DNA of 64,000 nucleotides from the NCBI GenBank assembly GCA_963823665.1, contig CAWGMQ010000008.1, positions 1,440,001-1,504,000 on the forward strand, given 5' to 3'. A program made the translations under genes and the position numbers. Below the pieces are notes generated by a model. That model had not been told where the DNA came from, searched no databases, and worked only from the letters and a program-made list of their open reading frames with translations. The DNA is from an uncultured Planctomycetota bacterium. Lineage in GTDB: Bacteria > Planctomycetota > Planctomycetia > Isosphaerales > Isosphaeraceae. This document shows, one piece after another, positions 1 to 10,667 of this stretch (position 1 is the stretch's first letter; every line of letters begins with the position of its first letter).

Positions 1-380
1 ACCGACATGACGAACGTGCAACCCGGCTGGCCGAGGAGGTCGGCTGCCGCAGCGTCACGTGGTCCATGCGGGCTAGCACCGTCGCGGATGTCGTGATCAA
101 CGCGACACCGGTCGGAATGCACCCCAACGTGGACGACACCCCGCTGCCGCCGGCGGCATTCAGCCGGCCGGGAATGATCGTCTTCGACACGATCTATCAT
201 CCCGAGAACACGATGATGATCAAACTGGCGCGGGAACGAGGCTGTAAGACTGTCACAGGAACAGACATGTTTATCCGCCAGGCTGAGGTCCAGTTCAAAC
301 TGTACACCGGACGAGACGCACCGATCGACGCGATGCGCGACGCTCTCACGCTCAAGCTCACTCCGCTGCGCCAGACTTGA
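1..380 (+). CDS. aroE: Shikimate dehydrogenase, C-terminal part (5' end outside window)
   Basis: Motifs DVVINATPVGM, IVFDTIYHP, GTDMFIRQAEVQFKLYTG; directly upstream of shikimate kinase. Confidence 0.9.
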   Translation, partial: RHDERATRLAEEVGCRSVTWSMRASTVADVVINATPVGMHPNVDDTPLPPAAFSRPGMIVFDTIYHPENTMMIKLARERGCKTVTGTDMFIRQAEVQFKLYTGRDAPIDAMRDALTLKLTPLRQT

Positions 381-381
381 C

Positions 382-948
382 ATGAAAGACGACCCGATGC
401 CGCCAGAGCAACGAGGCCGCGGTCTGGCACTCGTGGGCTATCGAGGAACCGGCAAAACCACGGTCGGACGGCTGCTTGCCAGAGCGATGAACCGGAGATT
501 CGTGGACGTCGACCTGGAAATCGAGGAGCGATCGGGCCGCTCGATCGTGGCGACGTTTGCCGAAGTGGGGGAAGCGGCGTTCCGCGACTGGGAAGAGCGG
601 ACCATGGCCGATGTGTTTGAGCAATACCCCCAGGCTGTCGTCGCGACCGGCGGCGGGTCGGTCATGCGGGAACACAACCGGAGCCGGATGCGCGGGTTCG
701 GGCAAATTGTATGGCTCACCGCGGACGCCGGCGAGCTGGCACGACGGCTGCAAGCCGACGAGCGTGGACAGGCCGTCAGGCCGGCTTTGACCTCGAGAGG
801 GGTGATCGAGGAAATCGCGCACGTATTGCGAGAGCGCACGCCGATCTATCAAGGACTGGCCGATCTGGTCATCGAGACCGGTGGCAGAAGCCCCGAGGAA
901 GTCGCTCTGGCAATTCTTCCAGGCATCGCGACCTGGAGCTCGACCTGA
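382..948 (+). CDS. aroK: Shikimate kinase
   Basis: Walker A GYRGTGKTT, FVDVDLEIE, GEAAFRDWE, VVATGGG, ER-PIY motifs. Confidence 0.93.
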   Translation: MKDDPMPPEQRGRGLALVGYRGTGKTTVGRLLARAMNRRFVDVDLEIEERSGRSIVATFAEVGEAAFRDWEERTMADVFEQYPQAVVATGGGSVMREHNRSRMRGFGQIVWLTADAGELARRLQADERGQAVRPALTSRGVIEEIAHVLRERTPIYQGLADLVIETGGRSPEEVALAILPGIATWSST

Positions 949-987
949 CGGAAGCAACCCCCTCCTTCGCTCTTTCGGAGCCTCGCC

Positions 988-1939
988 GTGTTCGCCACCT
1001 GGCCCGTACTGGTAGGTTTGGGGGCCGGATTCTTCGTGATCGGGACGGTTGTGGGAAGTTTTCTCAACGTTTGTATCTACCGGATTCCGTGGCAAAAAAG
1101 CGTGATATGGCCTCCTTCCCGGTGCCCGCGGTGTTTCGCAGCGATTTCGGGCGTTGATAACATCCCCATCGTGAGCTGGATCGTTCTGCGTGGAGAATGC
1201 CGGCGATGCGGCTTGCCGATCTCGCGCCGCTACCCGCTCGTGGAAGCACTCACCGGGGCGCTTTTTCTCGGCGCATTCGCGCTCGATGTGATTGCAGGAC
1301 CGCGCGGCGCGTGGGGAACGATACCCCCGATTCAACTGGCAGCAGCGGCCTACCACTGTGTCTTTCTCGCCATGCTCCTGGCCGCCGCAGTGATCGATGC
1401 TGACCTCTGGATCATTCCGGATGAGATCACAGTCACCGGGATGTTTCTCGGAATTGTGATCGCGACGATCTGGCCGCAGGTCCGGGCCTCGCCGGCGGTT
1501 GCGTCGGGCCATCTCGCGGCCTTCTGGACGGGCGTCCTGGGTGCTTTGGTGGCCGCGGCCGTGACTTTCGCAGTTCGCCAATTCTTCTCGTTCGTATTCC
1601 GGCGTGAGGCAATGGGTATGGGCGACGTGACGTTGATGGGCATGATCGGTGCATACCTGGGATGGCAAGCGGCCGTTCTGACTTTCTTCCTGGGTGCGTT
1701 TCTGGGCTTGGGGCACGCGCTCTGGAAGTTGGTACGGTACTTGAAAAAATGGCTCGATCGGCGGCCAATTATCGACCAGCGATCGCGAACTGCCTTATGG
1801 ACCGTACTTGAGTTTGGCCGCGGCATTGCTTTATTTTGCATGGCAATGGGTCTGGCCAATCTGTTCGCGGAATCTCTTCTTACCGCTGTACGTGATATTC
1901 TGGTGGACGTTAGGAGTCAATTTCGACCAGCCCAACTGA
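988..1939 (+). CDS. pilD: Prepilin peptidase (A24 family); apparent 1-nt frameshift near 1755
   Basis: GSFLNVCIYRIP, CPRC/CRRC zinc site, GMGDVTL catalytic motif. The C-terminal ELPYGPYLSLAA motif lies in another frame ending TGA 1937-1939. Confidence 0.85.
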
Positions 1940-2049
1940 GACGATTTTGGTCGCGAGCAGATGATGCCGGAGAGGCCCTCCGGAGCGATCGAATTCGGTC
2001 GCAGGGCAGTGCGGCTGGCCCCGCGGCCCTCTTGCGACGGAGTTTGCCA

Positions 2050-2428
2050 ATGCCCTACGAATACAAAAGGCGCCGGCCCTCGATCATCCGCAACTTCTGG
2101 GTCTATCGCCGGTTGATCGGGACAGCGGTCGTGCTCGGGCGTGATGCTCTGGTTCATCATGGTCAACCACGAGCAGGTGACCGTCCACTTTCCGTTTGGC
2201 CTGGGCACGTTAACCAGCACGAGCGGAATTGTCATGCTCTTGAGTGCCTTGGTCGGAGCGCTCGCCACGATTCTGGTCACGACCGTGATTCTCGCCATCC
2301 GGCGCATGCGTCGCACTCAAAATCCGCACGATCCCTCCAGGACAACTGCCACCGTCGACGAACGACCGCCCGTGGACTACGCTGCGAAAACCAGCGAAGG
2401 CTTTTCCAATGCTCACTGGTCAAACTGA
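2050..2428 (+). CDS. LapA-domain small membrane protein; apparent frameshift near 2140
   Basis: MPYEYKRR...IGTAVVLG joins MLWFIMVNHEQVTVHFPFG...VMLLSALVGAL; two TM helices with N..V.v.f pattern. Confidence 0.6.
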
Positions 2429-2601
2429 CGAAAAGAGATCTGTGAGTCGGACCATTAGGGCACATCGCGTTTCAAGCGGGCAGGACAAGTTTTTGAGATC
2501 GGCACAAACGGCAAAACTGGACGAACCGCCAGGCGCCAGGCGGCAAGCCGGGCCGTCCAATCGCGCCAGCGCTCACCTGCCTTTCGCCGGCGAACATCGG
2601 A

Positions 2602-3210
2602 GTGCTCACGGTTCTTTGCGCCGGTGTGTGCTCGGTTGTGGGATGTTCCGGGCAATCAGGGCTTTTGACAGGTGGTCCGACGATGGGCCAGCTCAAGACC
2701 AGCTTGAGCCACCTCGAGTACGAGAACGAGCAGTTGAAGAAGTCAACTGCCAAGCTCGAGCGAGAGAACCGATCGCTGGAAGACCGGCTGGTGCAGGAGC
2801 AGATGGAAAACGGCGACGTGACCGCGCGACTGGACGACGCCCGCAATCTGCTGCGTGAACGCGGGATCGACGACGACGTGAGACTGGGATCGCACCGAGC
2901 CGGTGAAAGCACGGGGGTCTCCGCGGGCGAGCGCGACGGCGCCGAGCGCTCGAGCTTCTCTGACGGGTCGCGTTCGCGGCGACGGAGAACGCCGTTTGCA
3001 CAGATCTCAGGAGGAGGTGATTCGGTGGCTCCGATCGACGTCGGTGATCCAGCCGAAGACGACTCCACCGGGCGCCGGAAGGCGGGCACCGGGGGAAGAG
3101 CAAGGCGAGCCTCGGAGGACGACTCGGATCGCCACTCCTACCAGCGGGCACCTCGAGACTGGCAGCCCGTGGCCGACAGTTCGGACGACTCGGAGATCCG
3201 GATCCGCTAA
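2602..3210 (+). CDS. Putative lipoprotein with coiled coil
   Basis: Hydrophobic N-terminus with VVGC lipobox-like motif; heptad coiled coil LEYENEQLKK...; low-complexity C-terminus. Confidence 0.6.
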   Translation: MLTVLCAGVCSVVGCSGQSGLLTGGPTMGQLKTSLSHLEYENEQLKKSTAKLERENRSLEDRLVQEQMENGDVTARLDDARNLLRERGIDDDVRLGSHRAGESTGVSAGERDGAERSSFSDGSRSRRRRTPFAQISGGGDSVAPIDVGDPAEDDSTGRRKAGTGGRARRASEDDSDRHSYQRAPRDWQPVADSSDDSEIRIR

Positions 3211-3249
3211 AGCGCCGGAAACGAGCGCGGCGATCGGCCCGCAGGCAAG

Positions 3250-4028
3250 TCACGCGTGCCTCCTCGAGGGTCCCGCGATCGGAAAACGCACGGTCATCGA
3301 CGTCCCGGCGTTCCCCGCTGATTCGACGGTGACGGACCCCTGGAGCTGCATCACGAGCTCATGGCAGATGGCCAGCCCCAGTCCGCTTCCCTCGATCCCC
3401 GCGCGCTCGTCTCGGGGCAGACGGACAAATGGCTCGAAGACTCGCTCGTGGGATTCCATGGGTATGCCCGGGCCCGGAATCAGCAACGGTGACGTGCCAG
3501 GAATCGGCGACTGCTCGCCCGGAGATGCGAACCTGGCCTCCCGCCGGGGTGTACTTCAGGGCGTTGGAGGCGAGATTTCCGAAGATCTGCTGGCAACGCG
3601 ATGCGTCGGTGACGACCGACGACTCCGGGTGAGTGATATGACATTCCCACTTGATTCGACGCGAGGCAGCGACCGGCGCGAATTGCCTGTCGATCTCATT
3701 GACCAGGGCGCCGATCGTGTAAAACCCGAGGCAGAGCGGACGAGCACCCTGCGCGGCGGCCGCGTAGTCGAGGGAGCTACGCGTGAAGCGAAGCAGAGTC
3801 GTCGCAGAGCGACACCATCGTCTTGAGATGCTCGCGCTGGTCTTCGGCGACCGGCGACGGTGACTCCCCGAGGATCAAGTCGAAGCCCGCCCGAAGCGAG
3901 GCCAGTTGACGGCACAATTCATGGCTCAGGTTCGCCAGAACCGACGTGACTTGGGACCCGTCGGACAAGAGCGGCGAGATTCGCAGACCGTGAATACCAG
4001 CCGAAATTTGGGGCAAGCGGACATCCAT
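3250..4028 (-). CDS. Cytoplasmic histidine kinase (HisKA + HATPase_c, no sensor domain); apparent frameshifts near 3798 and 3473
   Basis: H-box LSHEL, N-box QIFGNLASNALKYT, G1 VADSGPGIP, F-box VFEPF, G2 GSGLGLAIC, reconstructed across three frames. Confidence 0.82.
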
Positions 4029-4145
4029 GGCCTGATTGTCCCTGCAGGATTGCTCTTGAGCCGTGCATCGCGGCACCATCTTCGCGCATCCGCGGACGAA
4101 TGCCGGAGGCATGCAACCGGTCGCAACGAGCCCGGCACGGGCGCT

Positions 4146-4407
4146 TCAGGAGACCTCGATTTGGTTCGCCAGAAGGGGATGGCCGTCGGTCAGGTCCAGC
4201 ACCGCCTGATGCGCCAGTTGTTTCGCGTGGTAGGTTCGCGATCGCCCATGCAGGACGATCTTGTCATCCGAATAAACCACATGAAGATCACGAATCCGCC
4301 CGCTGGCGACACGGTTGATGTGACCTTCGATGAACTGTGCAACTTCAAGGTGATTCTTACCGCATTCGAACCGGCGCAGCTCTGTTCTCGAGCTGTACAT
4401 CCGCATG
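4146..4407 (-). CDS. Small BON-like domain protein
   Basis: IRDLHV...IVLHGRSRTYHAKQLAHQAV...NQIEV matches the BON-like fold common in planctomycetes. Confidence 0.65.
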
Positions 4408-4827
4408 CCAGTCTCCCATCTGTTCGAGCTCTTCGGCCGGGCCACGTCTGAGCAAACAGCGTGCCGAACCAAGGGATTGGGAGGCCGTCTCAAAGCATCG
4501 AGCTTCGGGACTGGGAACGAACGAGATTCTATAGACTAAATCGAATGTGAATCTGAATTAGTCGAAGAGGAGTCGGTCGTACCATCCTTGATCCCATCCG
4601 GCAGTCAGTCGAATCCGAGCGTCGTACGGCATGTTGCCCGGGTCTGGATCCAGGCCAGGCATCCGGGCCTGACTTTTTCCACCGAGGCAAGCCAGCACAA
4701 TCCGGCTCGCCTGACCTCGGCAAGAGCACAGCCTCATCGAAGGATCAATTGCGAGGGGACCGATCGACTCGCCTGAGGGTGCTCCAAGCACACCCAGACT
4801 AGCGAGTGGCGAGCCGGCCGTCAAACA

Positions 4828-5484
4828 TTATTCTCCGTGCGGCATTTCGATGTGGCGGCGGAGTGGTCTCGACGGCGTTGGCGGCGCGTCCTGATCGGGC
4901 GCCTCCAGCAGCTCGTCGGTCTGGATGATCGACTCAGCGAGCTTGGCCATCGGGATGCGCCGATCCTGGCTTTGCCGCTGCAACAACCGAAACGCCTCGC
5001 TCTCACTGAGCTGCCGGCGCGACATCAGAATGCCTTTCGCCCGCTCGATCAACTTCCGCTCTCGCAGAGTTGACTTGAGCTGATCAATGTCCTCCTGAAG
5101 GACCTTCAGCTCACGCGCTCGCGCGACTGCAACTTGTATTGCAGCGTGCAAGCTCGGATTGGTCGCCGGCTTGAGCAGATACGAGATCACGCCATCCTCG
5201 ACGGCTTGGTCGATCAAGTTCGGGTGACCGTGAGCGGTCAGAATGATCACCGGAGTGCCGGGATCAACCGCGATCTGCCGCGACGCGGCCAGTCCGTCCA
5301 GGCCGGGCATCTCGATATCCATGAACGCGACATCGGGAAGTGTGCGCCGACACATCTCGATCGCCCGTTGACCGTCGCTCACGACGGATACCACGTCGTA
5401 GCCCAGCGATTCCAGTTGATTCTGCAACGCGACCGCAACCGACTTTTCGTCATCCGCGATCAATACTCGATAGGGACGCGTCAT
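4828..5484 (-). CDS. ANTAR-domain response regulator (PdtaR/NasT-like)
   Basis: REC (LIADDE, FMDIEMP, LTAH, LLKP), coiled coil, ANTAR (ERKLIERAKGILM...SESEAFRLLQRQSQDRR). Confidence 0.92.
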   Translation of the reverse strand: MTRPYRVLIADDEKSVAVALQNQLESLGYDVVSVVSDGQRAIEMCRRTLPDVAFMDIEMPGLDGLAASRQIAVDPGTPVIILTAHGHPNLIDQAVEDGVISYLLKPATNPSLHAAIQVAVARARELKVLQEDIDQLKSTLRERKLIERAKGILMSRRQLSESEAFRLLQRQSQDRRIPMAKLAESIIQTDELLEAPDQDAPPTPSRPLRRHIEMPHGE

Positions 5485-5794
5485 CGCCGTGATCCTTGGT
5501 TACGCGATCAGAATAGATGAAGAGCGAACACGCAGTTTGAATGCCGTTCCTGAAATTCCAGAAGCGTGCACTCGAGAAAATCTCAATTCCGAATCCGGTT
5601 GAATGACGCCTGGAGATCGCACAATCATTCACCGATTGTTGTACGCCCGAAGTCATGACATTATGCACATGCTCAAACGGGCTTGACGACTTTCAGCCGA
5701 CCGTCAGAATGCCGTTCGTGAAGACGAGTCCCCGAAAGGCGAACTGATCAATCGTTGATCTCTAATTAGACTACTACGAAGGAAAACTGCACGC

Positions 5795-6298
5795 GTGACT
5801 CGCCAATCTTGCTTGATCTTGGCATTTGACGATCTGGTTGTCGGCGATGAGTGGGAAAGCGGGCGGAGAACCATCACCGAAACCGACGTCGTCCTGTTCG
5901 CCGGCCTTTCCGGGGATTTCAATCCGCTGCACGTCGACCATGCCTCAAGCCAGACAGGCCCATTCGGGCGGCCCGTGGCCCACGGACTCCTCGGCATGTC
6001 AATCGCCACTGGCCTGATCAGCCAGGCGCCCCGGATCGATACCATCGCTTTCCTGGCCATCCTCGAGTGGAAGTTTCTCCATCCTATCGCTTTCGGTGAC
6101 ACCATTCATGCCGTCTCGAAGGTCGCGTCACTCGCGCCCCACGCCAACGGGCGTCGTGGGGTCGTCACCTGGCATCGCCGTGTCTTCAATCAAAATGCAC
6201 GCCTCGTTCAGGAGGGTCTCACTCAAACTCTCGTGCGAGCACGATCACGTGATACATCGCCCGAGACTAAGATTGACCCTGAGAGCCTCCCTGACTGA
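5795..6298 (+). CDS. MaoC/hotdog-fold dehydratase
   Basis: FAGLSGDFNPLHVD and PVAHG hydratase motifs. Confidence 0.9.
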   Translation: MTRQSCLILAFDDLVVGDEWESGRRTITETDVVLFAGLSGDFNPLHVDHASSQTGPFGRPVAHGLLGMSIATGLISQAPRIDTIAFLAILEWKFLHPIAFGDTIHAVSKVASLAPHANGRRGVVTWHRRVFNQNARLVQEGLTQTLVRARSRDTSPETKIDPESLPD

Positions 6299-6421
6299 AT
6301 GTCGTTCCACTCGAGAGCGCAGCTCTGCCACGAAGTTACACTATCTTATCATCGAAGTCCTAATACTTTCGATGACATTTCACCTAAAAATTCCTGAAAA
6401 CTTTTCCATGAGAGCAAGCAG

Positions 6422-7243
6422 ATGGAACGCAGATCTCCGCCGGCAGAACGCTCGACCGCCCTGGTGACGGGTGCGGCACAGGGGATCGGCAGAGGGATCG
6501 CGCAAGCGCTCTCGAGTGCTGCGTACAGAGTCATGCTCGCTGACATCGATGACGCGTTGCTCGCCGAGGCCGCTGCCGACTTGAAAGGACAGGGCTTCGA
6601 CGTCGTCGGCCAGCATCTCGAGGTCAGAAGCGCAGAAGACTGGACGAGCGCGATCGAGGTCCTCAGCTCGCGTTGGGGAGGGCTCGATGTCCTGGTGAAC
6701 TGCGCAGGCATCAGCCCGCGCGGAACGGCTGAATCGACCGACGAGGCACTCTGGGAACACACGCTCGGCATCAACTTGAAGGGCCCTTGGCTCGGCATCA
6801 AGGCCGCACTTCCACTGTTGCGAAAGCGCCGCGGCACGATCATCAACATCGGGTCAACACGCGCCACGCGGCCGATGCCCGGCCTGTTTTCCTACGGCGT
6901 GAGCAAGGCCGGCTTGTGGGGTCTTACGCAGCAAGTGGCGGTCGAATACCTGAACGAATCCGTCACGTGCAACATGATTGCGCCGGGCTGGGTCGACACT
7001 CCGAATGAGCGATTGATCCAGGCAAAGTTCGGCCGTCCAGACTTTCCCCAGGGGATCCGCAACTTGACCACACCGGAGGAAATCGGTGCCGCCGTGGTGT
7101 TCCTGGCTTCAAGCTCGGGCCGCAAGATCAACGGAGTGATTCTCTATATGGACGGCGGCCTCCAGATCGCCGATGACGCAGGCATGGTCTACTTGCCCGA
7201 TCGCATCCGCCCGCCATACGAGCAGCGAATCGAAGAATCCTGA
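6422..7243 (+). CDS. Short-chain dehydrogenase/reductase
   Basis: TGAAQGIG, VNCAG, YGVSK catalytic motif. Confidence 0.92.
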   Translation: MERRSPPAERSTALVTGAAQGIGRGIAQALSSAAYRVMLADIDDALLAEAAADLKGQGFDVVGQHLEVRSAEDWTSAIEVLSSRWGGLDVLVNCAGISPRGTAESTDEALWEHTLGINLKGPWLGIKAALPLLRKRRGTIINIGSTRATRPMPGLFSYGVSKAGLWGLTQQVAVEYLNESVTCNMIAPGWVDTPNERLIQAKFGRPDFPQGIRNLTTPEEIGAAVVFLASSSGRKINGVILYMDGGLQIADDAGMVYLPDRIRPPYEQRIEES

Positions 7244-7347
7244 TCGTGACGATCGAGTCGGCATCGTCTTGATCATTGCGCTCTGTGGTCCTACATTCAC
7301 GAAATCGATGGATGTCCGACTAGCGGGCCGGTCAGGGGGTCACAACC

Positions 7348-8163
7348 ATGAGCGAATTCGTCTATTGCCTCAACACGAGCACGATTCGGCCGACGCCTCT
7401 CCTCAAAAAGATCGCGATCGCCGGCAAAGCAGGCTTCGCGGCGATCGAGCCGTGGAACGACGAGATCACCGAATATCTCCAGCAAGGAGGAAGCGTCGCC
7501 GAGCTGAAACAAGCAATCGCTGATGCCGGATTGAAGGTCGTCAGCGTGATTGCGCTCCACAGTTGGGTTACATCCGAGGGCGACGCGCATCGCCGCGTGC
7601 TCGATGAGTGCCGTCGCCGGATGACCCAGGCCGCCCAGCTAGGAAGCCCCTATATCGTCGCCAGCCCGCCCCAGGAAGTGGTCGACGTGAACCGCGCAAG
7701 CGACCGCTTCGCCGAGCTGCTCGAGCTGGGCGAGCAGGCCGGCGTGGTCCCGTCCATGGAGTTCCTCGGCTTCGTCGACGGTGTAAAGAACGTGGCGACC
7801 GCTTGGGCTATCGCCGCCGGCAGCGGCCAGCCCCGAGCGGAAGCGACCATCGTTGCCGACGTCTTCCACATGATGCGCGGCGGAGGCTCGATCGACGATT
7901 TGCTCTCGATCACGGGCGATCGACTGGCCTGCTTCCACATCAACGATCTACCGCCCGTGCCCGACCCGCTGAAGCAGCGAGACGAGGATCGAGTGATGGT
8001 CGGCGAGGGAATCGCTGACCTCCCGCGGGTGATCGCCAACCTGCGAACGATCGGATATCGCGGTCCGATATCGCTCGAGCTGTTCAATCGCAAGCTATGG
8101 GAGCAAGACCCACTCGAGGTCGTGACGCGTGGGCTCGAGCGGATACGCAGTTTGGTCGAATGA
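7348..8163 (+). CDS. Sugar phosphate isomerase/epimerase (xylose-isomerase-like TIM barrel)
   Basis: Metal ligand motifs MEFLG, DVFH, FHIND, SLELF. Confidence 0.88.
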   Translation: MSEFVYCLNTSTIRPTPLLKKIAIAGKAGFAAIEPWNDEITEYLQQGGSVAELKQAIADAGLKVVSVIALHSWVTSEGDAHRRVLDECRRRMTQAAQLGSPYIVASPPQEVVDVNRASDRFAELLELGEQAGVVPSMEFLGFVDGVKNVATAWAIAAGSGQPRAEATIVADVFHMMRGGGSIDDLLSITGDRLACFHINDLPPVPDPLKQRDEDRVMVGEGIADLPRVIANLRTIGYRGPISLELFNRKLWEQDPLEVVTRGLERIRSLVE

Positions 8164-8184
8164 TGATCGGAGTTTTCCGGGCGC

Positions 8185-8982
8185 TCAGTACTTCGCCAGC
8201 TCGCTCGGTGCGCTCGTCCTGGTTGATCTGGCGCGAGGCGTCAGCCGCCCCGTCCAGCATCATCTTCAGCTCGCTGCCGACCGCGATGAACTGCCATCCT
8301 TCACGCGCCCGCCGCAGGGCGTCGGCCGCGGTGAGAACGTGCAGCCCGCAGGGAAGCCGGTTTCGCTGTGCCGCTTCCCGGATCCGCGTGAGCGTCGACT
8401 CGAACAGCTCCTTCCCAGGCTGCGCGCCGTCGGCGTGCGCATCGAATAAGCCAGGTCGTTGGGACCGACGAACACCGCATCGACACCAGGCACCGAGTAA
8501 ATTTCGTCGGCGATCTCCACCGCCTTGATATGCTCGGTTTGAATGATGACCAGTATCTCGTCATCGGCCTTCCTGTAATACTCGGCGGCGGTGGCCCCGT
8601 AATTCAGTGCGTGCATGCCTCCGCCGACGGAGCGGTTCCCGCGCGGCGGGTACTTCGTAGCGGCAACGATCGACCGTGCTTCAGCGGCATCCATCACCAT
8701 CGGAGCGACGATTCCCATCGCGCCGCAGTCGAGCACGCCTTTGATCAGCTCATGCCGGCCCGTGGGGATGCGAGCCAGCGGAACACAGCCGGCATCGGCG
8801 ATGGCGCCGAACATGAACGCCGCGGTCTGGATGTCGGTGTGAGTGTGCTCCATGTCCACCGTGAGCCAGGGAAATCCGGCGCGGGCCATGAACCGCGCCG
8901 CGGCAATGCTCCCCAGCGACAGCCACGTGCCGATCTGAGGTTTGCCGGCCGCAAGCGCCCTCTTGACTGGATTCTCTTTCAA
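8185..8982 (-). CDS. HpcH/HpaI aldolase; apparent frameshifts near 8430 and 8215
   Basis: [27 protein letters not shown] motifs. C-terminus ([19 protein letters not shown]) lies in other frames. Confidence 0.85.
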
Positions 8983-9250
8983 GTCACTTCCTCTTGCGAA
9001 AAGCGGTCGAGACCCACGGAGAAGCTCCCGCGGCGGGATTCTCACCACGAGACGAGTCTCGCACGACAGCCCTGCGGAGGCAAGAGTGGCGCCGTGTAAG
9101 CACCTCGCCGCCGGGGCCCTCCGGGTAAAGCTCTTCACCCATTCTTCACCGTTGCTGCTTGGCCTGTGCCGGTAAGATCAAGCTGGTTAGGATGTCCGGA
9201 GCGACACCCCTGTAGCATGACGGTCCCTTACCCGCAGCTCGACCCGATCC

Positions 9251-10394
9251 ATGCGAATCACACTCGTCACGGAAACCTTCTTTCCGCAGGTCAACGGCGT
9301 GTCGAGGACGCTCGGCGAGCTGGCTCGACACCTGCGCGCTTGCGGTGACCTGGTACAGCTTGTCTGCCCCGATTACGGAACAGAAGCCAGGCAGGAAGGC
9401 GTTCTCCCGGTCCCCTCGGTCGTCCTGCCGTTCTATAAAGAGCTTCACTTGCCCCGACCGCCGTTTGGACGCGTGCATCGTGCGGTTGCGGCATTTCGCC
9501 CGGAAATCATCCACATCGCGACCGAAGCAACACTGGGATGGAGCCTCCTCCGGCACGCACTCAGGTCCAGGATCCCGGTCGTTTCCAGTTTCCACACAAA
9601 CTTCGACCAGTACAGCACCCATTACGGACTCGGTTGGTCCAGAAGTCTGATCTGGCGCGTATCTGCGCTGGTTTCACAACACCACGCAAGAGACGTACGT
9701 TCCCTCGAACACGACAATCCGAGATCTCGAAAAACGCGGCTTCGAGCGACTGCACCTGTGGCGCCGAGGCGTTGATAGCGAGATCTTCCGGCCCGACCGG
9801 CCGGGAAGATACGACGTGCGCCGCGCCCTCGGCTGGTCGCCGGACGACGTGGTCATCACCTATGTCAGCCGGATCGCGCCCGAGAAGAACGTCGATTATC
9901 TCGCGGATGCCCTCACAATCGTGGCGGCGCGGCGGCCGGACGTGCGGATCCTGTTCGTGGGCGACGGCCCATCGCGCCCGGCCCTGGAAGCCCGAATCGG
10001 CGGCATCGCTCACTTCGCGGGCTACCGAAGCCGAGCCGATCTCGCCGACCACTACGCAGCCGGCGATGTCTTTGTCTTCGCCAGCCGCACCGAGACTCTC
10101 GGGAATGTCGTCCTCGAGGCGATGTCTTCCGGTCTCCCGGTCGTGGCGCTCGAGGCCGGCGGCGTGAGCGAGACCGTCCAGTCCGGCTCGAGCGGAATTC
10201 TGGTCCCGCCTGAAGAGCCCGCCGAGCGATTCGCAACGGCCGTCCTCTGGTTGATCGAGCAATCGGATGAGAGACGCCGGATGGCCGAGGCCGCACGGGC
10301 TTACGCGGTCAGTCAGACCTGGGAAGCGATCATGGACTCGCTGCGACTTCGATATCACAGTGTCATCGGCAAGTCCGTCGATGTGTTGACCTAG
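9251..10394 (+). CDS. Glycosyltransferase family 4; apparent frameshift near 9659
   Basis: TETFFPQVNGV, HIATE, SFHTNF, RIAPEKN, ETLGNVVLEAMSSG (EX7E). Confidence 0.88.
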
Positions 10395-10667
10395 GCGCCC
10401 GCTCAGCTCGGAGCCGCCCAACCGGGACGACCGTGCCGCATCCCCCCCTTTGACAGCGTGCTTCGCGTCGGGTACACAAGATAATGTTCGCCGCGACGTC
10501 CCTCCTCTTTCAAGACCCGCCATGAACCGTTGCCCATCCGTCGTGGCCACGAACAACACTGGGCGAATTCTCCCGATGCGGCACACCGGCTCTTCGGGTG
10601 CGCCGATTCCAGGGGCGATTCCCCGCCGAAAATCTCGATCCACTCGGTTTTAGAGGCATGAATTGCG

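Noticed and set aside
988..2445. 485-aa ORF suggesting a prepilin peptidase with a long novel C-terminal fusion
   Set aside because: The true peptidase C-terminus (PYGPYL) lies in another frame ending at 1939; the long ORF is a frameshift read-through into the LapA-like gene.
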